DNA of 64,000 nucleotides from Gemmatimonadota bacterium (GTDB lineage Bacteria; Gemmatimonadota; Gemmatimonadetes; Longimicrobiales; RSA9): NCBI GenBank assembly GCA_007126035.1, contig SLCC01000066.1, positions 1,104 to 65,103 of the forward strand, read 5' to 3'. Shown piece by piece: positions 10,301 to 18,681 of this stretch (position 1 is its first letter; each line of letters starts with the position of its first letter). The notes under the pieces were generated by a model. It saw only the letters and a program-made list of their open reading frames with translations, ran no database searches and was not told where the DNA came from. The position numbers and the translations under genes were made by a program.

Positions 10301-11123
10301 CGCCGCCGGAGCCGTCGGTAGGGGCCGGCTCCGGGTCAGGCTGCCAGTGGACCGGGCCGACGAGTTCGGCGACCTGTTCACGTCGTTCAACCTGATGACC
10401 AGGCGCCTCCGGCGTGCCCGGGCCCAGGAGCTCCGGACCGCCCGGATCCTGGCCTGGGGCGAGATGGCCCGGCAGGTGGCCCACGAGATCAAGAACCCGC
10501 TCACGCCCATCAAGCTGTCCGTCCAGCACATCCGCCGGGCCTACCAGGACCGGAGGCCTGACTACGACGTGATCCTCGAGTCCAACGTGGACCAGATCCT
10601 GAGCGAGATCGACCGCCTGAGTGAGATCGCCAGGGTCTTCTCCCGCTACGGCGCGCCGCTGGACGCGCCCGGGGAGGCGGAGCCCGTGGACGTCGCCGCG
10701 GTTGTGGGCCAGACGCTCACGCTCTACCAGGCCCCGGACCGGGGGGTGCGGTACCGTTTGAGCGTCCGCGCCAAGGACACCATCGCCGCCGCCCGGAACG
10801 CGGAGCTGCGGGAAGTCCTGGTCAACCTGCTGGAGAACGCCCGGGCCGCAGTGGGCGAGAAGGGCAGGGTGGACGTGGTGGTGGGCGACGACGGACCGTT
10901 CGTCCGCCTGGAGGTCCGCGACGACGGCGAGGGCATCCCGGAGGACCAACTGACCCGGATCTTCGAGCCCCAGTTCTCGACCCGGTCTTCGGGGACGGGG
11001 CTCGGGCTGGCCATCGTGCGGCGCCTGGTGGACGGGTGGGGCGGCGAGGTGAGCGCCGAAAGCGAGCCGGGCCGGGGGACCACGGTCCGCGTGCTCATCC
11101 CCCGGCCCGACAAGGAGTCCTGA
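7386..11123 (+). CDS. Large multi-TM sensor histidine kinase (NtrY-like: HAMP-HisKA-HATPase)
   Basis: Start trimmed to ATG 7386 (MMRTSPARTVWVLSLG...). About 850 aa of hydrophobic or periplasmic sensor region. Then HAMP (ARPIAELRRAAG...FGDLFTSFNLM), H-box ARQVAHEIKNPLTPI, and ATPase boxes LVNLLENA, RDDGEGIP, GTGLGLAIV. Confidence 0.8.
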   Translation: MMRTSPARTVWVLSLGSLLALVVWTRTLSGWVLPLALLLLTAGAVVELRRPRPKGWRLAEPLALAVLGLALLAGVGTSIRLEAGERAWPTVQAASEHRLASRLEDRVQALVQRGGAAAELAAELVEGWLPETVGVGRSPDRWFDELESIRKRTGVDAVALLESDGRPVAWAGDHRGQIPRQVLADGQRVVYPGGTLFSYLYSVTPADAGLRAVSAVLVQAGPPVRGTTGSVADRFEAVTGQRPRFGHGSSLGAQWTLELDGQPVLHARWPALNHGEWRSDVSRTGRRVVFGLALVALGLLWASWLRPLGDRSWPAGLVPMGALSLTLILAPLRQILGMERLFSPGFFLLPIPGDFLIEGVIVVLLPLAALVSTMKPAPVRPPELWLRLGIGAALAGGAFAVGAGLMAASAGHPMLTGGGPLWYVLMPTTVVLLAVLTAPLIPRTTRPDGGRTPLVFGSAAVVLSMALAWGLTAWWRPDGPPATPILLLWSVPFLLAARAVSAYVGRGERLLRWLAVGWLASTAVVPHLWTTSQATRLAAAETEVAAFGARMDPYLTYLLVRFGEELHRADDRGEQGADLLYEAWVESGLASAPYPLEITLWDEELQPAAHLPLGVRLDPGGPADLELREILRTTVVRDEPENIPATGGGVGRFLTVPLAGGSAVSVAVAPRASLRPASPLAMLMEGSGDGVQLELLPGDGLLTHEDAVWRRTADGWRKEMILREGTDVYHAHLDLRVPPAGVRLARGVLLVGLALTVFVGLWVVGRTAQGDPPSPPGGWLGWFGGFRARLIVALFAFFLLPTAVFGWAAYRALAEEVTRAARQVAERGVVHAAAAMPDGVLTETARRAGEDVLYYHHGLLHSASLPEAQELGLYSAWMPAGLYSELRSGEAMGGSEMGELAGRSYMVSYRRLGNPFEAVAVPVWLAARDVEVRQQEFAHLVLFGLLMGGLLSLMLSVRVGRTLARPIAELRRAAGAVGRGRLRVRLPVDRADEFGDLFTSFNLMTRRLRRARAQELRTARILAWGEMARQVAHEIKNPLTPIKLSVQHIRRAYQDRRPDYDVILESNVDQILSEIDRLSEIARVFSRYGAPLDAPGEAEPVDVAAVVGQTLTLYQAPDRGVRYRLSVRAKDTIAAARNAELREVLVNLLENARAAVGEKGRVDVVVGDDGPFVRLEVRDDGEGIPEDQLTRIFEPQFSTRSSGTGLGLAIVRRLVDGWGGEVSAESEPGRGTTVRVLIPRPDKES

Positions 11124-11180
11124 TACCGAAGGCTGTCGCTCCCAGTGCGGCCCACTCCCTGTTCCGATCAACCTTCCATA

Positions 11181-12692
11181 TCAGCGGACCCGATAGCTAC
11201 GGACGCCGACGCTGCCGGTCTGCGGGTTCAGCACCTGCAGCACTACCACCTCGCCGCGCTCAATGTCCTGGGCCATCCGCTCCAGCTCCTGGACGTTGCG
11301 GACCCGCTGGCGGTTTACCTCGAGAATGACCATTCCCCGGGCCAACACCCCTTGCGCGGGACCGGGCTGGCGAATCGATGTGACGACCACGCCCTGGGTA
11401 CCCTCCTCGATGCCGAGCTGGCTCGCCACCTGCGGCGTGACATCGGTGGCCGAGAAGCCCAGCCGCTGCTGCGCCGTCTCCCGGGGCTGGGCGGGCTGAG
11501 CAGTCGGCTGCGCCTGCTCGAACTCGCCGAGCCGGACCTGGATGTCCCTGGACCGGCCGTCGCGCACGATCGTCAACGTGACGCGTTCACCGGGCTGGTA
11601 GCGGGCCAGACGCGCGGTCAGCTCCGGGGGGCTGTTGACGGGATTCCCGTCAACGGCGATGACCACGTCTTCCGCCCGGATCCCCGCACGATCCGCCGGG
11701 GCGCCCTCGGTGACGGCCGCCACCACGGCGCCGGCGATCCGGTCGAGGCCGTAAAGCTCCGCCTGGGCCTCCGTTACCGCCGTTACCTCGACGCCTATCA
11801 TGGGTCGGCGCACGTAACCGTGCTCGATCATGTCCCTGGCAGCCTTCTCCACGAGGGCGCTGGGGATGGCGAAGCCGTTGCCGGCGTACGCGCCGGTTGG
11901 CGAGACGATGGCGGTGTTCACGCCCACCACGCGGCCCAGCAGGTCCACCAGCGGGCCTCCCGAGTTGCCCCGGTTGATGACGGCGTCGGTCTGGATGAAC
12001 GACTCCAGGGCGATATCGCCTTCTATGATGTGGAGTTGCCGAGCCGTGGCGCTCACGATTCCGGCGGTCACGGTGAAGCCCAGGTCCAAGGGGTTGCCCA
12101 GGGCCAAAACCCAGTCGCCCACCTGGAGCCGGTCCGAGTCGCCCATGGGCAGCGCGTGGAACCGCTCGTTATTGCGGGGCTCCAGCTTGAGCACCGCCAG
12201 GTCCGTGTTCCGGTCCTGGCCAACGATCTCCACGCCGTCGTAGACTCGCCCGTCCGGGAATCGGACCTGCACGCTGCTGGCGTTGGCTACCACGTGATGG
12301 TTCGTGATGACGTGCCCTTCCTCGGTGAACATGAACCCCGAACCCTGTCCCGTTCGTGGGCCGGGCTGCTGCTCCGGCCTGTCGAACGGGAACGGGAAGA
12401 AGAACGGGTCCGGCTGCCGCTCCCGCTGACGAGCCTGGGGCTGGATTTCCACCTGGACCGTGACCACGCCCGGTAGCGCCCGCGCCGCCGCCGCCCGGAA
12501 CGTGTTCGACAGGTTCATGGCGGAGAGGGTGTCCACCACCGCCGGCACCTCGGGGACTTGTTGCTGGGCCTGTTGCTGCGGCTCTACCCGCTCCCGGTCC
12601 TGCGCCACCGCGGCGTCGGTCCCGGAGCATCCCGCCGCCAGAAATAAGAGCGACGCCGCCAGAGCGCGGCGAGCCAGGGGTCGCGCTGTCAT
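11181..12692 (-). CDS. htrA: Do/DegP/HtrA-family periplasmic serine endoprotease with PDZ domains
   Basis: 503 aa. Signal or lipobox-like N-terminus (LLFLAAGCSG). Catalytic contexts HVITNHHVV, TDLAVLKL and RGNSGGPLVD. Two PDZ-like C-terminal domains. GGAGG lies 8 nt upstream of the ATG. Confidence 0.9.
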   Translation of the reverse strand: MTARPLARRALAASLLFLAAGCSGTDAAVAQDRERVEPQQQAQQQVPEVPAVVDTLSAMNLSNTFRAAAARALPGVVTVQVEIQPQARQRERQPDPFFFPFPFDRPEQQPGPRTGQGSGFMFTEEGHVITNHHVVANASSVQVRFPDGRVYDGVEIVGQDRNTDLAVLKLEPRNNERFHALPMGDSDRLQVGDWVLALGNPLDLGFTVTAGIVSATARQLHIIEGDIALESFIQTDAVINRGNSGGPLVDLLGRVVGVNTAIVSPTGAYAGNGFAIPSALVEKAARDMIEHGYVRRPMIGVEVTAVTEAQAELYGLDRIAGAVVAAVTEGAPADRAGIRAEDVVIAVDGNPVNSPPELTARLARYQPGERVTLTIVRDGRSRDIQVRLGEFEQAQPTAQPAQPRETAQQRLGFSATDVTPQVASQLGIEEGTQGVVVTSIRQPGPAQGVLARGMVILEVNRQRVRNVQELERMAQDIERGEVVVLQVLNPQTGSVGVRSYRVR

Positions 12693-13116
12693 TGAACTGC
12701 CTCCATCATCAGTGCCGTCCGTTCCAGATGTTCTGCGCCCGACGGTCGCCGCCGGTGCCAGAGCCGTTGTCCGGCCATCCTCGCCGGCGCATCGTTCTGA
12801 GGTCTAATTTGCCCCGGGGCACCAGTTTGTTCCATGGTCTCGTGAAACGGCACGGCCGAGAACGCACCAGGGTGCGTCCGCTGGTGGACGCCAGCCGCCG
12901 GTCCTCCCACCGATCTGATGCCTTGGCCGGTGGTGGGGTTGCCCGGGGGGTGCGCCGCCCACTGATCGAGCGCCGCTCGACAGCCTGCCGCCGCCAACCT
13001 CAATCGGCACCCAACGAATCGCCGGTTCGTTGCGTCTGTATATCCGAAGTAACTGTGGCGGGCCCGCGGGTCCGCGCCTATCGCTCCCACGTCCGGCCTC
13101 GGGCCGGACCAGCAGA

Positions 13117-14460
13117 ATGGATGCCATGAGAAGGGTCATCGTGTCGATGGGGTCGGTGGCGCTGGCAGGCATGATGGCGCTGGCACCGCCTGCCGCCGGC
13201 CAGGACGGGTCAGGGTACTGGTCGTCCGGGCCCCAGGTGGTGGACAGCCTGGCCCTGGATCAGGTGGTGGAGCGGGCGCTGCGCTCGAGCCCGCAGATGG
13301 TGCAGGCGGAGACGGGCGTGCAGTCCGCGGTCATGGGCACCCGCCAGGCCTACGCCAGCTTCCTCCCGAACCTGTCGGTCTCCGGCGGCGCGTCGCTGTC
13401 CAGCTCCGAGCGGTTCGATCCCAGCACGGGGCTCCGGGTCAGTGGGCAGACGGACAGCTACAGCGCGGGGATGTCATCGAACATCGACCTGTTCAGCGGC
13501 GGCAGGAACGTGGCGGGGGTGCGCAGCGCCCAGGCGTCGGAGGACGCAGCCGAGGCCAGCCTGGTCACTCGCCGGTTCTCCGTGGCGGTGACGGCCAAGC
13601 GCGCCTTCTACAGCGTTCTCCGGGCGGGTGACCTGATCAAGATCACCGAGGACCGCATCGGGCAGGCGGAGGAGAACATGGAGGCCGCGGAGCGGCGGCT
13701 GAGCGCAGGGCGGGCCACCCGGTCCGACGTGCTGCGGGCGGAACTCCAGCTCCGCAACGCCCGGCAGGCGAAGCTCGAGGCCACGACCCAGCACCGGACC
13801 GCCATGTTCGCGCTGGGGCAGGTGGTGGGTGCGTCAGGGCCCGTGGCGGCACGGCGTCCCGAGTCGCTGGCCCCAACGCCCCTGGCGCTGTCGCCGGACC
13901 GGCTCCGGGAGATGGTGCTGGCCGAGGCGCCGGCGGTGCTGGCGGCGGACGCCGGCATGGACGTGGCGTCCGCCGGCCTGAGCCAGGCCCGGTCACAGTA
14001 CATGCCCAGCATTGGCCTGCGGGCGGGGTACAACTGGGTGAACACGGACCTCCAGCTGGCTCACGGCCGCACCAGCTGGAGTACCAGCCTGGGGATATCC
14101 TTCCCGGTGTTCAACCGGCTCCAGCGGGAGGTCTCGGTAGACCGGGCCAACGCCCAGCTCATCGTGGCGCGGGCCCAGGCGGACGACGCTCGGCGCTCCG
14201 CCCTCGCCGAGCTGGAACGGCTGCTGGCGGGGCTCCAGCTGGCGGAGGAGCGGCTGGCGCTGCTCGAGGGCTCCGTGGAGGTGGCCACGGAGGATTACCG
14301 GGTCCAGCAGGCGCGCTACGAGCACGGGACAACCACGATCCTCGAACTGCTGTCGTCCCAGATCGCCCTGACCCAGGCGGAGAACGACCTCGTCAACGCT
14401 CGCTACGATTACCAGATCGCCAGGGCGGAGTTGGAGTCCCTGGTCGGTCGGGAGCTATGA
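13117..14460 (+). CDS. TolC-family outer membrane efflux protein (second copy)
   Basis: Start trimmed to ATG 13117 (MDAMRRVIVSMGSVALAGMMALAPPAAGQ, a signal peptide). OEP-type helical repeats and the typical C-terminal YDYQIARAELESLVG. Confidence 0.85.
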   Translation: MDAMRRVIVSMGSVALAGMMALAPPAAGQDGSGYWSSGPQVVDSLALDQVVERALRSSPQMVQAETGVQSAVMGTRQAYASFLPNLSVSGGASLSSSERFDPSTGLRVSGQTDSYSAGMSSNIDLFSGGRNVAGVRSAQASEDAAEASLVTRRFSVAVTAKRAFYSVLRAGDLIKITEDRIGQAEENMEAAERRLSAGRATRSDVLRAELQLRNARQAKLEATTQHRTAMFALGQVVGASGPVAARRPESLAPTPLALSPDRLREMVLAEAPAVLAADAGMDVASAGLSQARSQYMPSIGLRAGYNWVNTDLQLAHGRTSWSTSLGISFPVFNRLQREVSVDRANAQLIVARAQADDARRSALAELERLLAGLQLAEERLALLEGSVEVATEDYRVQQARYEHGTTTILELLSSQIALTQAENDLVNARYDYQIARAELESLVGREL

Positions 14461-16004
14461 TCATGACTTGTCAATGCTACGGGAGGCCCAAGGTGAACCG
14501 AGTGTTGAGGTGGTGTGGCGCCGGTGCAGTCACGGCCCTGGTGTTTGCGGTTTCGGCATGCGCTGAGGGCAGCGCAAACAACCCGGTGAACGGCTCCGAT
14601 GAGCTGGCCTTCGTCGAGCGCGGCGACCTGGACATCAGGGTCGAGGCGTCGGGCCAGATCGAGCCCATACTGGTGGTCGAGGTGAAGTCGAAGGCGTCTG
14701 GCGAGGTCACGGCTCTTTACGTGGACACGGGCGACGAGGTGGACCGGGGCTCGCCGCTGGCGGACATCGATCCTCGCGACGTGCGCAACGCCCTGGACCA
14801 GGCGGAGGCGGACCTGGAGGTGGCACGGGCCAGGCTCCAGATCGCTGAATCCCAGTACCAGCGCTCCCAGGAGCTGCACCAGGCAAACGTGGTGACGCAG
14901 CAGGAATACGAGCAGAACATCCTGGACGTGGCCAACTCCAGGGCACAGTTCATCAAGGCGCAGACCAACGTGGAGCTGTCACGGGAGCGGATGGGCGATG
15001 TGGCCATTCGTGCGCCGATAGCCGGGACCGTGATCCAGAAGAGCGTCGAGGCGGGGCAGATCATTGCTTCGGCCAGCGGGAACGTGTCCGGCGGCACCAC
15101 CCTGCTCATGATGGCGGACCTGCGGGAGATGCAGGTCCGGACGTTGATCGACGAGACGGACATCGGCCGGGTCGAGCCCGGCCAGGTGGCTCGTGTCCGG
15201 GTCGAGGCGTTCCCCACCCGCTCGTTCGTCGGGACCGTCATCAAGATCGAGCCCAGCGCCGTCATCGAGCAGAACGTGACCATGTTCCCGGTCCTGGTCC
15301 GCCTTGACAACCGTGAAGGTCTGCTCAAGCCCAACATGAACGCCGAGGTCCAGATCGACGTGGCCCAGCGCTCGGACGTGGTGCTGGTCCCCAACGCCGC
15401 CGTGGTCGGCATGCAGGACGCCAGCGCTGCGGGCCAGATCCTGGGGCTGTCTCCAGAAGCCACGCGGGAAGGGCTCCGGACGTCTCGCCTGGTCGCTTCC
15501 GGGCCGACGGCCGGACCCGCAGACACAGCCGCGGACGAAGCCCAGGGCGAGCGGTTGGCCGGTGCCGACGGCGAGGCCGGCCCAGCCGTGGATTGCGAGG
15601 CTCTCCTGGACCGCGCCCGGAGCGGTGATCGCTCGGCCATGTCCGAAGAGGAACGGGCGCAGGTGCGCGAATGTGCCCAGCAACTGGGCGTGGCGATGGG
15701 CATCGGCGGTGGGCGCGGTGGTGCCATGGGCGGCGCGGCGTCCGCTGGCGGCGCAGGCGACACCCGGCCGGCGGTAGTCTTCGTCCAGGGCCCGAAGGGG
15801 CCCGAGCCCCGGTCGGTGGTCCTGGGGCTCAACGACTGGGACAGGTCCGAGGTGGTGAGCGGTCTCGAGGGTGGGGAAGAAGTGATCCTCATCTCCGTGG
15901 CCCGACTGAGGCAGCAGCAGGAGGACCTGCTGGCGCGGATGAGGGAGCGCAGCTCCGGAGTCGTGCCCGGTGCGCCTGGCATGGGCGGCCGTGGACCCCG
16001 CTAG
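14457..16004 (+). CDS. Efflux periplasmic adaptor, HlyD/MacA family (second copy)
   Basis: 515 aa. ATGA overlap with the TolC stop. Lipobox-like FAVSAC. IRAPIAGTVIQKSVEAGQ motif. Carries an insertion of roughly 110 aa of low-complexity sequence (..GGRGGAMGGAASAGGAGD..). Confidence 0.85.
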   Translation: MIMTCQCYGRPKVNRVLRWCGAGAVTALVFAVSACAEGSANNPVNGSDELAFVERGDLDIRVEASGQIEPILVVEVKSKASGEVTALYVDTGDEVDRGSPLADIDPRDVRNALDQAEADLEVARARLQIAESQYQRSQELHQANVVTQQEYEQNILDVANSRAQFIKAQTNVELSRERMGDVAIRAPIAGTVIQKSVEAGQIIASASGNVSGGTTLLMMADLREMQVRTLIDETDIGRVEPGQVARVRVEAFPTRSFVGTVIKIEPSAVIEQNVTMFPVLVRLDNREGLLKPNMNAEVQIDVAQRSDVVLVPNAAVVGMQDASAAGQILGLSPEATREGLRTSRLVASGPTAGPADTAADEAQGERLAGADGEAGPAVDCEALLDRARSGDRSAMSEEERAQVRECAQQLGVAMGIGGGRGGAMGGAASAGGAGDTRPAVVFVQGPKGPEPRSVVLGLNDWDRSEVVSGLEGGEEVILISVARLRQQQEDLLARMRERSSGVVPGAPGMGGRGPR

Positions 16005-16016
16005 GAGACGTCCATA

Positions 16017-17225
<1,209 letters not shown>

Positions 17226-17380
17226 TCAGAGCGACAGAAGGCTCAGCCTGGTTCCGGGATCCGTCTGGCATGACTGGCGGAGCGGGCCCCCGACCGGGCG
17301 TCCGGTCTGGAGAACGTCCCGAACCCCGCCCCGCCTGGATTAGAAACCAGGAGCCGCCCACCGTCCACGGCGACATCGGG

Positions 17381-17434
17381 TGGTGATCCCGCCCGATTCT
17401 GGTGGTCCCGCCCTGGGTACTGCTGGTCCCGCCC
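17381..17434 (+). promoter_or_regulatory. Three direct repeats TG(G/C)TG(A/G)TCCCGCCC (candidate regulator binding sites)
   Basis: 14-mers TGGTGATCCCGCCC (17381), TGGTGGTCCCGCCC (17400) and TGCTGGTCCCGCCC (17421). Spacing is 19 and 21 bp, about 100-150 nt upstream of ATG 17532. Confidence 0.4.
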
Positions 17435-17531
17435 GGTGGAGAGACTGGTACGAAGCGTGCCGCGCACCGCACCCACACCGGCGCCAGGGCGACGGCGCGC
17501 GCGGCTCGAACCACCCACGGAGGCAAAGGCG

Positions 17532-18437
17532 ATGTCGGATGGAGCACTGAAGTCCGGGACCCTTACGCGGGCGCTGGAAGACGCCATGGGGCAGATGACC
17601 CCCGTCACCAAGCTGGGGGAGACGGTCTCGGGCAGGGTCCACGACGCGGTCCTGGCCGGCGGCGAGCCCACCCGCCGCGTCGCCGACACGCTGCACGGGA
17701 CGTGGCTGGGCCACCCGCTCCACCCCGTCCTCACCGACGTCACCATCGGCGCCTGGATGATGGGCGCCGCCTTCGACGTGATGGGCGAGGTCACCGACGA
17801 CGACGGGATCCGCACCGCCGCCGATCGCCTCACCCTCATCGGCACCCTCTCCGCCGGGCCTACCGCCATCACGGGGCTCGTGGACTACTCCGCCGCGCCC
17901 AAGCCTTCCATCACCTCCGGCACCCTCCACGCCGGCCTGAACTACCTCGGCGTGGGCCTCTACGCCCTTTCCCTATGGGACCGGCACAAGGGCCGGCGGA
18001 GTCGGGGGCTGCTCTGGTCGTCGCTGGCCCTGGGGCTCGCCTCCGCCTCGGCCTGGCTCGGCGGGCACCTGGTCTACCGTCACCGCGTCGGCGTGGACCA
18101 CAGCGACCGGTTCGACGGACCCGAGGAGTGGACGCCGGTACTGGACGACGCGGAGCTCCTGCCCGGCACGCCCCGCTGTGTGTCCGTCGACGGCAAGTCC
18201 GTCCTCCTCTACCGGGACGGGCCGGAGATCTACGCGGTGGCCGCTGTCTGCAGCCACGCCGGCGCCCCCCTGGAAGAGGGGGAGATCGACGGCCATCACG
18301 TCCGCTGTCCCTGGCACGATTCCGTCTTCGACCTCCGCGACGGCAGCATCGAGCACGGGCCGGCCACCCAGCCGCAGCCAGGCTTCGAGGCCCGGGTCCG
18401 CGACGGCAGCATCGAGATACGGCTGTGGGGGCCGTAG
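17532..18437 (+). CDS. DUF2231-like membrane domain fused to a Rieske [2Fe-2S] domain
   Basis: Start at ATG 17532, preceded by GGAGG. Membrane part contains HGTWLGHPLHPVLTDVTIG. Rieske ligand motifs CSHAGAPL and CPWHDSVF. Confidence 0.8.
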   Translation: MSDGALKSGTLTRALEDAMGQMTPVTKLGETVSGRVHDAVLAGGEPTRRVADTLHGTWLGHPLHPVLTDVTIGAWMMGAAFDVMGEVTDDDGIRTAADRLTLIGTLSAGPTAITGLVDYSAAPKPSITSGTLHAGLNYLGVGLYALSLWDRHKGRRSRGLLWSSLALGLASASAWLGGHLVYRHRVGVDHSDRFDGPEEWTPVLDDAELLPGTPRCVSVDGKSVLLYRDGPEIYAVAAVCSHAGAPLEEGEIDGHHVRCPWHDSVFDLRDGSIEHGPATQPQPGFEARVRDGSIEIRLWGP

Positions 18438-18479
18438 TGGAGCGGCGAGACCGACATCGATCACGTCGGCACTGCCGAT

Positions 18480-18603
18480 GTGCTTAAGCGGCTCGGGCCT
18501 GCCGATGCCACGATATGGATCCCGGCAAGCGGCTTCGATGAGCCTCTGAACCCTGGACACGGACCCATTATCGGAGGGTCTCCACCGTGCACCCGATCTT
18601 CAA
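18480..18603 (-). pseudogene. Remnant of a YoeB/Txe-family toxin gene (truncated, interrupted)
   Basis: The minus-strand translation ...WRPSDNGSVSRVQRLIEAACRDPYRGIGRPEPLKH aligns without gaps to E. coli YoeB residues about 16-50 (WQETDKRIVKKINELIKDTRRTPFEGKGKPEPLKH). A TGA at 18600-18602 lies just upstream in frame. No YoeB-like sequence follows PEPLKH, so the catalytic C-terminal half is missing. Confidence 0.5.
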
Positions 18604-18681
18604 CCGGGTGCTGGCGTGTTCACCGGGTTTCCGTCCCGATCAGCTATTCCAGTGCCCCAACGCGTGCAGCATGGTATACGC

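Noticed and set aside
12693-13116. Riboswitch, sRNA or sigma-E-type promoter in the 424-bp htrA/tolC divergent spacer
   Set aside because: It holds several short GC hairpins, a GCCCCGGGGC palindrome (12811-12820) and a GGAACA box on the htrA side. Nothing matches a known riboswitch architecture or a properly spaced GGAACTT-N16-TCNAA promoter that I can verify by eye.
13412-13422. tRNA T-arm-like GGTTCGATCCC
   Set aside because: It lies inside the tolC coding frame (SSERFDPSTG). No acceptor or anticodon stems can be drawn around it.
17226-17531. A hidden ATPase or small gene in the 306-bp gap after the second efflux permease
   Set aside because: No frame gives more than short Arg/Pro-rich ORFs, and there are no Walker motifs. 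The region is better explained as regulatory; see the direct repeats.
18600-18681. YefM/Phd antitoxin partner upstream of the YoeB fragment
   Set aside because: I translated all three minus-strand frames of the 80-nt space before the comM-like gene. None shows antitoxin-like sequence, and the space is too short for an intact gene.
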